NCBI GenBank assembly: GCA_963713605.1
Contig: CAVQMO010000014.1
Location: 1 to 64,000 of the forward strand
Length of the DNA: 64,000 nt
Source of the DNA: an uncultured Nitrososphaerales archaeon
GTDB lineage: Archaea > Thermoproteota > Nitrososphaeria > Nitrososphaerales > Nitrososphaeraceae
Reading direction: 5' to 3'
The position numbers and the translations under genes were made by a program. Below, piece after piece: positions 22,265-34,919 of the stretch (the first letter of the stretch is position 1; every line of letters starts with the position of its first letter). A model generated the notes under the pieces. It was not told where the DNA came from and did not search any database. It saw only the letters and a list, made by a program, of their open reading frames with translations.

Positions 22265-23302
22265 ACGTGCGTATTCATAATGTACGCAGAATTTTCGCGC
22301 ACAAGTCGTAATTCAAGAACTAAAGGATTTAGACTTTGTTTTAGATAATTTATGGAAAGATAGCCATGAAATAGGACAAGGCATACAAATAGCTTCTTGG
22401 GAAATAGGCTTATCTCGGAGTTGCAGGTTATTTTGCCACTGGTGATCTACTGGGTGGCGTGACAACAGGCCTTTTAGCATCTTTGGGATTCACTACCGCA
22501 GACAGGATGATAGATGTGAAAAGCTTCCCTCTAAGAGAAAGGATTGTAAAAAGATTCAAAAGTGGATATCTTTGCACTATGATTTCGACAAAAAGTATCA
22601 TCTACAAGAATGCAAAATTTGATCCTGCTACTTTCGGTCAATACACCTTAGTCTGTTTATTCCCAATGGTAATTAGAAAAATAAGTTAACATTTGCGCAG
22701 AACTATATAGTCACGTAGATCGTCAAGTGCACCTCTTTCTTATTCGAATTATGAAGAAAATTGCATATAATATGTGTCTCGACTAGCCAAATAGAGTTCC
22801 CATTCGTTTGGTCTGAGAACTATTGACATGACCATATCCATATCATAAGTTCAGTTTTCAAGGTAAAACACTATCTTCAATTATATGAAAGAATTATAAC
22901 ACGAATTAGATTCAACAAGGGAGAGAGATGTTACTGCAATGAATCAGTTCGACAGAATATTATTCAATATGCTATATTATGATAGATAAAGTTTATGCAT
23001 TACAGGAAGAAAAAAGGTTATGCAGTATTTAGTATTAGTATCAAATATCGTACTCTGAACATATACTTACTACTAGTTACTAAGATGAATTTAAGGTTTA
23101 ATACAATACAATTCAAATCTTATTCATGTTCAGTTGAATAGAAATTGGAGGTTATGCATCAAATTTTTACTAAGTACAAAAAAAGAAGGTAATCTTCTTA
23201 GATATCTAGATTTCAAATTCTGGGTATTATTGTAAATGTTAAAAGTTTAAATAGCTTTATATGTGAAAATGATGACATTTTAGTGGGATAGTGAAATAAC
23301 TG

Positions 23303-23488
23303 GTGGCTGTGACGGAAGACCCAGAGGAGGGAGGATATATTGTCAAGTCAAATACAAACAAGAACCGAACTTATAATGTCTATTTTAGTATTAGAAAGCA
23401 ACGATATCTTTGTACATGTAAATGGTTTGCGATTAAGCAAACAGAATGTTCACATATTAGAAAGGTAAAAGAAAGAAATACCCAATAA
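23303..23488 (+). CDS. Small SWIM zinc-finger protein
   Basis: YIVKS...TYNV...YLCTCKWF...ECSHI (CxC-xn-CxH). Confidence 0.75.
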   Translation: MAVTEDPEEGGYIVKSNTNKNRTYNVYFSIRKQRYLCTCKWFAIKQTECSHIRKVKERNTQ

Positions 23489-23615
23489 TGTCTGAGTTTT
23501 CGAGTTTAAAACTTCTAAAGATAAACAATCTTAATGCAAAAACGCAAGCCTAACGTTAGAGATCCTACGAAAAATGGCTTACGTTCTTAACTGGGTCTTC
23601 ATGATCTAGTTAAAA

Positions 23616-24686
23616 ATGATCCAGGCACAGGGATATGGAGCTCAGCAGGCAAAAGCACCTCTTCATCAATATTCTTTTGAAAGAAGAGATCCTCGAGATA
23701 ATGATGTAGTAATTGATATCCAATATTGCGGTATCTGTCATACAGACATACATCAAGTAAATGACGAATGGGGAACATCAACGTACCCTATGGTACCCGG
23801 GCACGAGATTGTAGGTATAGCGAAGGAAGTTGGTCCAAAGGTAACACGTTATGCAGTAGGCGACATAGTGGGTGTTGGTTGCTTTGTCGATTCTTGTCGT
23901 AAGTGTGGCCCTTGCCTTAAAGGACTTGAACAGTATTGTATAGAGGGACCTGTTTTGACCTATAATGGAGTTGAAAGAGACGGACAGACTCGAACTCAAG
24001 GTGGATATTCCAACAACATCGTGGTCGATGAAAATTATGTCCTTCGTATACCTGATAATCTTCCAATGGATTGCGTAGCACCGCTTCTCTGCGCCGGTAT
24101 TACCATGTACTCTCCTCTTATGCATTGGAAAGCGGGTCCTGGAAAAAAAGTTGGCATAGTAGGTTTTGGTGGATTGGGTCACATGGGGGTAAAGATCGCA
24201 CATGCACTAGGCGCAGAAGTCAGTGTGTTAAGTCACTCCCTCCGAAAACAAGACGAAGCCAAGAAGATGGGAGCAGATAAATTTTATGCTACCACTACTG
24301 CTACTACTTCATCATCAAAGAGCCAAGATAGTTTTAATGAACTGAAAGGATATTTTGATCTAATTCTCAATACACTTTCAGTTGACATTGATTGGAATCG
24401 TTATCTTAATTTGCTAGCCCTAGACGGGACTATGGTCGTAGTTGGGCTTCCAGAGAAAGAAACGCCGCTTAGCGCCTCTCCACTTATCAATGCTCGTCGT
24501 AGTCTTGCAGGCTCTGGTATAGGTGGAATAAAAGAGACTCAGCAGATGCTTGATTTTTGCAGTAAATACAATATTGCCAGTGACATCGAGCTTATTCCAA
24601 TTCAAAAAGTAAATGATGCTTATCCACGAGTTGTGAACAGCGATGTTCGCTACAGGTTTGTTATCGATACAAAATCGCTCGATTGA
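23616..24686 (+). CDS. Zn-dependent NAD(P) alcohol dehydrogenase (cinnamyl-ADH/YahK-like)
   Basis: CGICHTD, PGHEIVG, structural Zn CRKCGPC...YC, APLLCAGIT, GFGGLGH, DVRYRFVID. Confidence 0.95.
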   Translation: MIQAQGYGAQQAKAPLHQYSFERRDPRDNDVVIDIQYCGICHTDIHQVNDEWGTSTYPMVPGHEIVGIAKEVGPKVTRYAVGDIVGVGCFVDSCRKCGPCLKGLEQYCIEGPVLTYNGVERDGQTRTQGGYSNNIVVDENYVLRIPDNLPMDCVAPLLCAGITMYSPLMHWKAGPGKKVGIVGFGGLGHMGVKIAHALGAEVSVLSHSLRKQDEAKKMGADKFYATTTATTSSSKSQDSFNELKGYFDLILNTLSVDIDWNRYLNLLALDGTMVVVGLPEKETPLSASPLINARRSLAGSGIGGIKETQQMLDFCSKYNIASDIELIPIQKVNDAYPRVVNSDVRYRFVIDTKSLD

Positions 24687-24745
24687 TTGGTTGTCAGTAT
24701 TATCTATATACGTTACTAATTATGCCGTACGTTATCAATCACATG

Positions 24746-24798
24746 ATGAATGATATACCTGATATATCATTCATGATATATCTTATGTGAATGATATA
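24746..24798. repeat. Perfect 12-bp inverted repeat with 5-nt spacer plus a third arm
   Basis: ATGAATGATATA-cctga-TATATCATTCAT (24746-24774); TGAATGATATA again at 24788-24798. Confidence 0.75.
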
Positions 24799-25109
24799 TT
24801 ATCGCAATAAGTCTCCTGATTTGAGGGTGGATAAATGAAATCGATTACCTAACGTTCCCGCGTTACTAGTGATATTTTGATCCATCCTTAGTAAGGGAAT
24901 AGCTTTACTATGCTCTACTATACAAATAAATGTCAATAAACGGGATACCCCCAAGTCAATTCATATTAATTCATTATAAAAATTTCAACAGCAAAGGCTA
25001 TGGCAATCATATTGCATTGGTTGGAGACCTAGAGAGATATGATCACCATAGTCGCACCTGAACCTCCTCCTCTATTTGAACATGGTACGAATGGTCGGAT
25101 ATCACAAGA

Positions 25110-25222
25110 CTAATTACTGCGTTAAGGACTGCAGTAGAGAAAGGCGATGGAACCCCGGATAAGAAAGCAACTTCACATGACGGTCTGCTGGATGCTTCAG
25201 TATATCTCTTCAGTTTTGGCAC
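25110..25222 (+). pseudogene. Second C-terminal relic of the terminase-like protein
   Basis: LITALRTAVEKGDGTPDKKATSHDGLLDA-(frameshift)-SLQFWH; homologous to 9795-9908. Confidence 0.6.
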
Positions 25223-26107
25223 CGAAGTTCGTGATTGGATGATGGATCTACCTACTCCCCAGCCTAAGTCTAGTATGACAGCACCGGCATACTATATCAT
25301 GAGTCTCTACTCTAATCTGACACGTTTTACACATCGGCCCATATTTATAATTTGAATGAGTAGATCTTATCCTGTTATATAGTCTGCCACACATGCCTTT
25401 ACAAAAGGTCATTATTGGTTAGTTTTACTTCACAGTGATATAATCATATTGAACACACTATGGAGGATCTCTGCAGTACTTTGACTCGTACCTAACAAAT
25501 GGCAGCAGAAATCCCAAAGAAAAGGACCTACAATAAGAATTACTGGATTCAGTGAAAGAAGAACCAGAAGAAGAGCAAATGAAGAGAATTTACAAGAAGA
25601 TGATGAGTAAGGTAAAATGTGTCGTACATCGGATGCATAAAGGTTAAGAGCATCAAGAACTACAATAATACTACTTCATTCATTCTATAATGCATGAAGG
25701 AAAGCACTAGATTCCATCTGGGGGGGTATAACTAGATACCTGTCTTAATGGTCTAGTTATGTCCCACTAGTTGCTTCAACAATGACCATAGGTCCTGAAG
25801 CGATTACACAAATTCTTGAAATGCAGTAGGCCTGTACTAATTAGAACTGGAGTACATGCACAGAAAATCTTGGTTAAGAGCATTTGAATAGTAGATGGGC
25901 TAGCCTAAGGAATGATACGATCTACTTTTGTATAGATGATCTTTCCCCTCCATGGCAAGAAGATCTAATAAGACCAAGGAAAGCTATAAAATAGTTAAAT
26001 AGCAATGACAATATTAGACGTTTGAATCACTATGATTATGGCTATGATGATTCATTTTGGCCTTAAGAAAATTCTGCAGTTACCTTTTGACATTTCATCT
26101 TACTGTA

Positions 26108-26878
26108 ATGCTTCGGCATCGATTGGAATTGATCTCTGCTTTCCTACTTGTTGTAATTCTTATCCCCCAAACTGCTACTTCATTAGACTCAAAGTACATC
26201 TATAGAGAATATAGGGAATAAAGAAAATAATTTCAATACTACGCTAAATGTAACAGGAAACGCAATAACAAAGATAAAACCTGATAGAGTATTCATTTCA
26301 CTTGGAGTCGAAACAACGGATACTACAGTAAATGGATCTCTCGCTGCAAATACCTTGTCAATGAATAAGGCCATTTCTGCACTAAGAAATTTAGGTATAA
26401 TGGAGAACGAAACTAATACTTCAGTTTTCAATATCTTTCCAAATTATAACTATACAGAATCTGGAACAAGGTTAAACATCACTGGTTTTACCGTTACTAA
26501 TTCTATTCAAATAGAAAGCTCTAAAATTGATAAAGTTTCAAGATGGATTGATACAACCGTTGCAGCCGGAGCTAACAATATAAACACTATTGAATTCACG
26601 ATTTCTAACAAGAAATTAGAGGATACCAGGAACATGCTTATCGGGGAAGCAATCTCAAATGCAAGACAAAAGGCAGATATTGCATCGGCAGCTATAGGGT
26701 AAAGGTAATCGGAGTAAAATCTATTGTTGTTGAAAGATTTGCCAATATCCCTCCACCAGTACCCTTCATGGCACGAGAGGCTTTAGCCCAGCCAGCCAGT
26801 GGTCCTTCCCCCACACCTATCCTAGTTGGGGAACAGCAAGTATCAGCTAATGTAGGTATGGTGTATTTGATTGGATAA
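26108..26878 (+). pseudogene. SIMPL/DUF541 family protein, two frameshifts
   Basis: TLNVTGNA..KIKPDRVFISLGVET, GFTVTNSIQI, AGANNI, AISNARQKA, GEQQVSANV; breaks near 26185 and 26700. Confidence 0.85.
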
Positions 26879-26958
26879 TGGTAATCAAAGTAAAAGAAGT
26901 TGCTTACATTATACCACAGAGTCTATAGAAATAATTTCATAAATATGGGTACAAGTAT

Positions 26959-27538
26959 ATGAAAGAATATTTCTAGCAAGTTTTGAATCTATTTGATGGA
27001 AAATCATTAGATGGTTGGAAAAATAGCTGGAAAAGGTAACTTCAATATCCTTCAGGAAGAGAACGTGCTTCAGACAGAAGGAGGAATGGGTCTACTCTGG
27101 TATTACAGGAGAAAATTCAAAGACTTTACTTTGGAATTAGAATGGAAGGAATCCAGTAGGAAAGATAACTCTGGAGTCTTTATCAGATTCCCAAATCCAA
27201 GAAATGATCCTTATGTTGCTGTCAATGAAGGATACGAGATACAGATTGATGATCTTGCTCGACCTAATGGTAAGCTTGTTCATGGAACAGGAGCAGTTTA
27301 TGGGTTTGCTGCTCCATATATGATAAACAAAACCAATAGGGAATGGAATAGTCTTAAAATAGTAGCAAATAAGCAGAAGTATTCTGTTATAACCAATGAT
27401 GTGAAAGCAGTATCTGATTTTACATCATGAGGAAACAGATTACTTGAAAGCTACATCGGACTACAGAATCATGATGATAGATCAAAAGTATCTTTTAGAA
27501 ATATCAAAGTTAGTGAGATGCTGCGGAGAAGGTCCTGA
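26959..27538 (+). pseudogene. DUF1080 (3-keto-disaccharide hydrolase-like) protein, frameshift plus in-frame TGA
   Basis: LFDGKSLDGW, DFTLELEWK, NSGVFIR, GYEIQI, TGAVY, IGLQNHD..KVSFRNIKV. Confidence 0.85.
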
Positions 27539-28082
27539 TTACTAAGTTAAATCCAATGTAATGCTTTATCTTATTCTCTTTTATGATTGTCTGAACTCGT
27601 CTGCTTCTTCTAATCTACTTTGACTTTAATACTTACCAAGAAGCATATTTAGCGCCTCAAGCTTAGATACCCCGATATCTTTCGTTATCTACTCAGCTGC
27701 TCTTTCGATGTCCTCTTCAGTATCCAACTCTGTTTACCCCACCTTTATTGACCGATTTTCCAACCACTTCTAGTATGGAATTGAGCAAGATGGCTTTGAA
27801 GTAGAAAGAGGCTATTATATACATCCAGATCTTTATGGTCAGGCAGCTGACAGAGGAATAAGCTACTTACGCTTTCCAAAAGACAAAGGAATAGGCCGAC
27901 GGCTCTCAAAAATAAAAACATGAGTTACTCATGATTGAGGGGAAGCTTGCCTGATGGAAGTACATAAGAGATTAGTACCAGATCTAAGAGAAGCTGATAT
28001 AAGTGTATGTGATCAAAAAAACAGGTTTGGGCAGCGGTTTATAGGTAAATAGTTCTCCTTAATTGAGGGTGGAATTCAAAAG

Positions 28083-28147
28083 TCACTAGTAGTATTTTAT
28101 CAATTTTACACCCAGGACTTCACAATTTTATTTTTTGTTCACTAGTT
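28083..28147 (-). repeat. Degenerate ACTAGT-bounded element, copy D
   Basis: TCACTAGTagTATTTT...AC.C.CAGGACTTC...CACTAGTT. Confidence 0.55.
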
Positions 28148-28571
28148 CCTAGATACCAGAATATTGTAGATAATCAATAAAGCAAGTTAATTCACTTTTC
28201 TCAAGTTTTTGTTAGACATCTAAGATAGAGGAAGGCAAGCAGATGATGACGATGTGAGAAATGGGATAGCGAAATTTTGGCAAGGAGGATAAAAAAAGAT
28301 GATGATAGAAAGATTGATGCCTCAAGAATGATGCCGGAACTGGATACGTTGATAGATCGGCAGCGGATCTTGCTTCAATCATGAGACCATTGGTGTGCTC
28401 AGAGCCCACATACTGGGATGCCTTTCAGGATTAATGTTGTTACTATAAGAAGGACCAGAGCTCGCATATATTAGGATAGTAGTCAATGCCAGAACTTCAG
28501 TGATAGACCAATAGCGTCATTTTTCAAGTCCGTAGTATTTTTAAGCGAAATCGGCCAGGTACAACTGAAAA

Positions 28572-28811
28572 ATGAATGCTGAGGAAGCCAAGGCATTGTT
28601 GAAAGAGAGATGTATATCAGTTATGAATGTGCCTCACGGCTATATGGTAAAAGTATCCAAAAGGGAAGGCAGTCCGTCACGCCGTATCGATTTGGATGAA
28701 ATGAATGCGATCCTGGCATTAGGCATGATTAGACTGCTTGCAGTTGAGGACACTGTTGGAGACATCCTTATCGAAGTACTAAATAGATTAATGCCAGAAC
28801 ATCAAAGATAA
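28572..28811 (+). CDS. Hypothetical protein
   Basis: ATG ORF about 25-30 nt after a TTTTAAG TATA-like box. Confidence 0.45.
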   Translation: MNAEEAKALLKERCISVMNVPHGYMVKVSKREGSPSRRIDLDEMNAILALGMIRLLAVEDTVGDILIEVLNRLMPEHQR

Positions 28812-28917
28812 TCTAAACACGTCCATTAGATCATCATGGCTAGTTGCTTCCTTGTCTATGAGCCTTCTCCATTACCAAAGGCTGTCTGACCAAAGAGAAG
28901 ACTAATAATCTAGGCTT

Positions 28918-29316
28918 TTGATTTGGTTCATTAAGATATTGGATGATCAAGAAATACGTGCTGCACTGGAACGTCACTGGGAGGCCACAGTGGCTCTTGA
29001 TTTAGACAGAGCGCACGACATTTATCATGACGACCTCATAGTTGAATTTCCACAATCTGGCGAACGTATCTTGGGTGAACGCAATCTATACGAACTCAGA
29101 GCGCACTATCCTGCCAAACTTACTTTCAAGATCCTGCGAATACGGGGAGAAGGCAACCTCTGGATAACTGAATTAATTATCACATATGATGGGCGTCCAG
29201 TCAATGTGGTAACCATCATGGAGTTCAGAGATGGTAAGATCGCACATGAAACTCATTACTATGCAGATCCTTTCGAACCACCTGAATGGAGATCTCAATG
29301 GGTCCAGAGAATGTAG
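28918..29316 (+). CDS. NTF2/SnoaL-like family protein
   Basis: HDIYHDDLIVEFPQSGERI.G, IMEFRDGKIAHETHYYADPFEPPEWR. Confidence 0.9.
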   Translation: MIWFIKILDDQEIRAALERHWEATVALDLDRAHDIYHDDLIVEFPQSGERILGERNLYELRAHYPAKLTFKILRIRGEGNLWITELIITYDGRPVNVVTIMEFRDGKIAHETHYYADPFEPPEWRSQWVQRM

Positions 29317-29506
29317 TTATCAGTGCCAAAACTGCAGAGGCATTCTGAATGCATCCATCAAATCATCATGATTCGTTGCCTACTGGTGACGTGGTGCAGG
29401 TCTACGGGTCTTCGGGAACCCTTTATTCATTATTTTGTATGACAAGCCTGTTGATATTCAGTCAAATAGCGTGTATTTACCGGTGCATCGTACTATCATT
29501 TAATCC

Positions 29507-30991
29507 ATGTTAAACAAATACGATGGTCTAAAAATAGTATTATGTGCAGCTTTCATTTCCGACGCGTTTTTGTTAGGTGTACCGTATTCATTACAAGAGA
29601 TAATAAATGCGAATGCTCTACAGGAAAGAAATTATCCTGAAAGTGCCATCCCTTCGCCTCAAGGACCTCTCGTAAGAGATCATACTTTAAAGGTGGAGTT
29701 AGTTCTTAAAGGACTAACATACGCTACTGATATGGCATTTCTGGATCCTGATAACATTTTGGTTACAGAAAAAGACACAGGAATAGTTCGAAGGATACTA
29801 AATGGGGTAATGTTACAAAAACCTTTGCTTGATGTTAATGTTGCAACCTACGGACACCGAGGAATGTTGGGTATTGCCATTAGTAACAACAATAGTAATA
29901 CCTTCGGTAACGATAAAATTGGCACCAATAATAATTGCAGTAGTAGAATTTCATCTCCAAATAACGCAAATGTAATATCCAAGTATGTTTTCGTATACTA
30001 TACTGCGGCTCAAAGAGAAGATGGCGAAGATACACAACCAATAGGCAAAGATACACAAGGTAAACAACCAATAGGCAATGTTGTGTATAGATATGAATTT
30101 GTAGATAACAAGTTGATAAACCCTAAACTATTACTGGATCTGCCTGCTACTCCGGGAGCTATCGGAAATGGCGGCAAAATTCTGGTCGATCCAAAAGACA
30201 AGAATTTGTATCTAACAATTGGTGGGGTTGGTGTCGACGGTCATAGAACCAAGGCCCAAAATGTTAAGAATGGACAAGAGCCAGATGGAACAAGTGGCAT
30301 ACTAGTCATTGATCTGGATGGAAAGGTTGCATTGCAAAATAGTACTCTTGGAATGAAAGACCCGCTAAATAAATACTATGCATATGGATTATGGAACAGC
30401 TTTGGAATAGATATTGATCCGTTAACTGGAAACATGTGGGATACAGAAAATGGCGTAGTATTTGGTGACGAAATCAATCTTGTTTATCCTGGCTTCAACA
30501 GTGGATGGAATAAGATTGACGGCATATGGCTAAGAGGATATGATATTGAAGATACTGAGACGCATATAGCTTCAAACCAGACGATAAATAGTTCTCTAGC
30601 TGATTTTAATGGAAAAGGCAAATACAGTCCACCCGAAATTACTTGGTTTGAAGATGTTGGTCCTACCGCAATCCGATTTCTTAATTCTGACAAGCTAGGT
30701 GAGCAATATGAAAATGACATGTTTGTGGGGGATATTGTCAACGGCAATATTTATCATTTTGACTTAAATAAAAAGAGAACAGAGTTACTATTGTCGCCCA
30801 ATAGTCCTCTTTCAGATAGGGTTGTTAGTAGTAACGAAACCACATTTAATAATGAAATAGCATTTGCCAAAGGGTTTGGTGGCATTACAGACATAGAGGT
30901 TGGTCCAGATGATGGTTATTTATACATACTTGCGTTTAATAATGGAGAAGGGACAATTTATAGAATAGTACCTAGTAAGAATCTGAGGTAG
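29507..30991 (+). CDS. PQQ-dependent glucose/sorbosone dehydrogenase (YliI/GdhB-like propeller), secreted
   Basis: T.MAFL.PD.ILVTEK, RGMLGIA, YAYGLWNSFG..IDP.TG.MWDTENG, DEINLV.PG.N.GW, GITDIEVGPDDGYLY. Confidence 0.9.
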   Translation: MLNKYDGLKIVLCAAFISDAFLLGVPYSLQEIINANALQERNYPESAIPSPQGPLVRDHTLKVELVLKGLTYATDMAFLDPDNILVTEKDTGIVRRILNGVMLQKPLLDVNVATYGHRGMLGIAISNNNSNTFGNDKIGTNNNCSSRISSPNNANVISKYVFVYYTAAQREDGEDTQPIGKDTQGKQPIGNVVYRYEFVDNKLINPKLLLDLPATPGAIGNGGKILVDPKDKNLYLTIGGVGVDGHRTKAQNVKNGQEPDGTSGILVIDLDGKVALQNSTLGMKDPLNKYYAYGLWNSFGIDIDPLTGNMWDTENGVVFGDEINLVYPGFNSGWNKIDGIWLRGYDIEDTETHIASNQTINSSLADFNGKGKYSPPEITWFEDVGPTAIRFLNSDKLGEQYENDMFVGDIVNGNIYHFDLNKKRTELLLSPNSPLSDRVVSSNETTFNNEIAFAKGFGGITDIEVGPDDGYLYILAFNNGEGTIYRIVPSKNLR

Positions 30992-31353
30992 TGCTGTTTA
31001 CTTACATTCTATCTGAACTAAAGCTACGAAAGACCTGGCTAGAAGGGGAGGGACTGAGCAAGACAGTTATCAAGAAGGTTCTTCGTATTTGAATCCATCT
31101 AATCCAGATAGTCCCAATGCCTTTCCAATGAATCTAAGATGTCATTCGTTAGTTGTCTGGCAAACAAGTTTGTATCTGGTGGATAAGATAGTGTGCCCCG
31201 AAGAGTGATCGAGAAGTGTGGCAACTTCTTTAGTATGAAGCGCATAGTAAGAGTGAGAGAAGATATTGTATGACTAAATCCTTACTAAAAAATTGATATT
31301 AGCTAACTTTATCTCAATAACATTCTGTATTATCATGATAAACGGTCTAAGCC

Positions 31354-33688
31354 TTACACTATTTGCTTTATCCTTACACAAAATGTCTTTCCATCATGAT
31401 ACAATTCCGATACCGCTTTAAATTCAGTTCCCTTCTTGAGAAGATATCTAGGTCCCTCATAATCATAATGGTTTAATCTAGCATGCCATTTTCCATCTAT
31501 CATAGCCAGCGCAATTCCAGATAGTATATTTTCAATGTATATGTCATGTACTTCTCCAGGTATATGTTTCAGATTATCAGAGAGCGCTATCGTTACATCA
31601 TCTAACCATTTTATTCTTTTCAGCTTCTCAAGTTTCTTCAACGCTTCAACTAGTAACGTTGTTATCAAAACCCAATGTATCTCTAATGATATCGACATCC
31701 TCTCCAGACCGCCCTTTTTTTACTAAGAATGAATGAATCTTTCTTGCAGCATTGTTGACATCCCTAACAAATTGTGTTGTATAGCCTCTGTCCAACAATG
31801 ATATCCATTTGGGTACTCCTCTAGTGAGTGTAGACGTCATCTGTATTTCTATATCCTTTTCCATCTTTACTTCCGATTTTGCTCTATTAACTTCCATAGA
31901 GTATATTTCCTCGCTTGTCATATTATCCAGAATCGGAGTAGATGAACTTGTTCGATTTACGGATTTAAGGACAGATTCAATAGTACTCAATGTTTGATTC
32001 ATCTTTGCCATACGTCTATTGCTTGCATTAAGATGGCGTTCGTCTATAGTGTCTTTAGCTGCAAGAATAATTACTGAGCCAGAGGATCGCCTTCCAGTTC
32101 TTCCTCTTCTCTGGATATACCTAATTTCGCTAGGTATAGGCTCATAAAATATAACTAGATCTACTTCAGGAATATCAAGGCCTTCTTCAGCTATTGAAGT
32201 TGCTACTAGCACGGAGAACTCGCCTCTTCTAAAGGCTTCTAATATTTGTGTTTGTTCTTCCTGTTTCATTCCTACATCACCTTCTTTCTTTGCTTGGCCA
32301 ACAAATCTTGCTGATTTTATACTGTTACTATTTAGAGTATCAACTATGTGCCTTGCTGTGTCACGATACTGAGTAAAAACAATAGCCCCTGTCGTATCAC
32401 TATTCTTAATAGGAACAGTAATATCGATATTGGGGTTACTATGAGTGAAACTCTTAACTTTATGGTTCTTGTTATTGTTGTCGTCATTATTATCATCAGT
32501 TTGGACAAGAGGTTGTTGTGCAAGTTGTTCAGACATTTTTCCTCTTAGGATTTCTACTAAACATTTGACTTTTGGGTGCTCTATTTTTAAAGTACTAAGA
32601 AGTGTCCTAATTTCCTTTATTCTCGGATCATTTATCAATGATTTTTGAGTCTTACTACTTCCGCCTCCTGCAACGCTTCTACTAAAAGTACCACTATCTT
32701 TTTCAATTCTATCTAGAAAGGCCTTTAACGAAGCAGATCCTTGGCTCTCTATGAGCTCCACGCAATACAAAAGACTAAGGGCTAATGATTGTTGCATTAA
32801 AGCAAAATAAAGTGAAGCCCTTGTCTCCTCTTGAGACAATTCTAAATTATATCGAATTTCGGCACCTATATCAATCAGATCTCGTTTAAATATCCATCGA
32901 ATGCCTCCCCTTTTTCTAAGCAATCCATGTTGAAAGAGCCATCTCAGCTTATCATCAAGCATATTTTTGAGAATCGCACGTATGTAATTATATTCTGAAC
33001 TCAAACTGACCCATTGCCAGTTAACGTTTATAGAATTGATGTACGGCTTTACATCTATATCCTCTTCTGTTCTATATTCTATATGTTCAATGAATAGATT
33101 TTTACATACATCATGTATTCTTTTTGTGTCAGAACCGGGACTAGCAGTCATAGCCAAGATCACTGGATGTTCTGACCGACTGACGTACTGGTTTGCTATT
33201 GCAGTATATGCATAATCTTTAACAGCTCTATGTGCCTCATCAATGACTAATAAACTAAAGTCATTCAAACTTAATCTATTATTATGTAAATCATTTCTTA
33301 CTACCTCTGGAGTGGCGAATACAAGTCTGATATCTTTATTATTCCATATTGCTGTTCTCGGTAAAGGAGGAGTTTTACCCGTAATTTCGGCTATTTTGTC
33401 TTGTGATAGTTTTAACACTGAAAAGAAAGATTTCATATGCTGAAGTACGAGTGGTCTGGTGGGAGCTACTACCATAACTCTTTTATGTCTATAAGCATAG
33501 AGTGCATGCGCAGATAGCATTATTGCTATGGTCGTCTTGCCAAGCGCAGTTGGAAGAACCACAAGTGTGTTCTTATCGTAAGCAGATTCAACAATATTCT
33601 TTTGGTATGCTCTAGACTCAATGGATTCCTCATAAATAAGCGCTTGAACAATATAACGAGAATCTGGATATTGGTTATTAATAATCAT
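31354..33688 (-). CDS. Hef/FANCM/Mph1-like SF2 DEAH helicase; C-terminal part offset by a frameshift near 31650
   Basis: RAYQ, LPTALGKT, DEAHRA, MTASPG, FVGQ, ATSIAEEGLDIP, QRRGRTGR; overlapping ORF 31354..31698 continues the protein; no ERCC4 ERK motif seen. Confidence 0.9.
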
Positions 33689-33767
33689 ATTATTGAATTC
33701 TTTCCTTATAACGAATGTCTAGTTATACATTGCTTTATTTAACATTCACTAGCACTAAGTTATCAAT

Positions 33768-33823
33768 TCACTAGTGATATTTTAATACTTTCACGCTCAA
33801 GACTTTGTTACTGAACTAGTAAT
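33768..33823 (-). repeat. ACTAGT-bounded element, copy B
   Basis: TCACTAGTGATATTTTAATACTTTCACGCTCAAGACTTTGTTACTGAACTAGTAAT. Confidence 0.8.
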
Positions 33824-34919
33824 GCGTTTTGGGTTTGGGTCGTTTTGGAAGCAGTCTAATACATTCGCATCTCACAACTCTTGCAAGCGCATGTTATTGG
33901 AATTTTTCTCTAACGACAATCTCGACTTACTTGCATAATATATGAACCACAATATGTCTTTTTAGTATATATAGGTAGAACAATCAGGAGGCTAACCGGA
34001 AACCTGGTTGCCTACCGCGTATTCCCCTCATGACAGTGAGTTCCTTAAGAGTGATTTAAAGGCCCCAACTGCCAAGCAATCTACTGCACTACATGTTATA
34101 AAAAGGGTGACTAGAAAAGTTAGGACGACCAGGTCATTGAACAACTGATTACTGGTACATATCGCTCATATCCAGGCTTTTTCCAAAGCTACCTTGTATG
34201 TAAGTACCGTACCCCCGTTTAAAACCATGAGAGTACAATCAGCACTAGAAATACGGTTTTTCTACTAAATTATTTTAGATAATTAGAGCTTATAATTCAA
34301 AGGAAACTATATTTCAAATTCTTTCAATAAAGTTTTTGAAATATTAAAATAAACTTCATTATCGCGATAAAGATTTAATTTTGACTATGTCCACATCTTA
34401 AACTTCCCTGACGTTTTGCAAAAATTAGATTAGAGTCATAAGAAATGGATCTAATTTCTTAAATAGAGTATGGATTGTAAGAGTGACAATACGGTCAAAA
34501 TTTAAGTTAAGAAAGAGTATGGGGAACTTAAGTCATCGGAACAATACAATACTTATATTATATTATCCACCTTTGCATCAACGTACTTCAACAAGCTGGT
34601 TGACAGGCTTGCCCATCCTGTCATCCACCCCCTGGTCATGGTTATTCTATAGCGTTTAACACGCAAAAGATTCATTCTATAAATCACATCGAGTAATACC
34701 TCATGTTTTCCATAATATATCAAGAAAGTTCATGCGGCTGACTGATCAATGGTTCTAGAAGAGCTCCGATGTCGTCGCAAATGCAATCGTATGGTGGGCT
34801 GATGGCATATTTTCACAGAAAAGCTTATGCTATTAAGACAAACATGGTCGGAAGAAGAACGCAAAGCAATGCGTTAACTCGAGGCAGTTTGTTCTATGAG
34901 AAAAAACTTAGATAAACAA

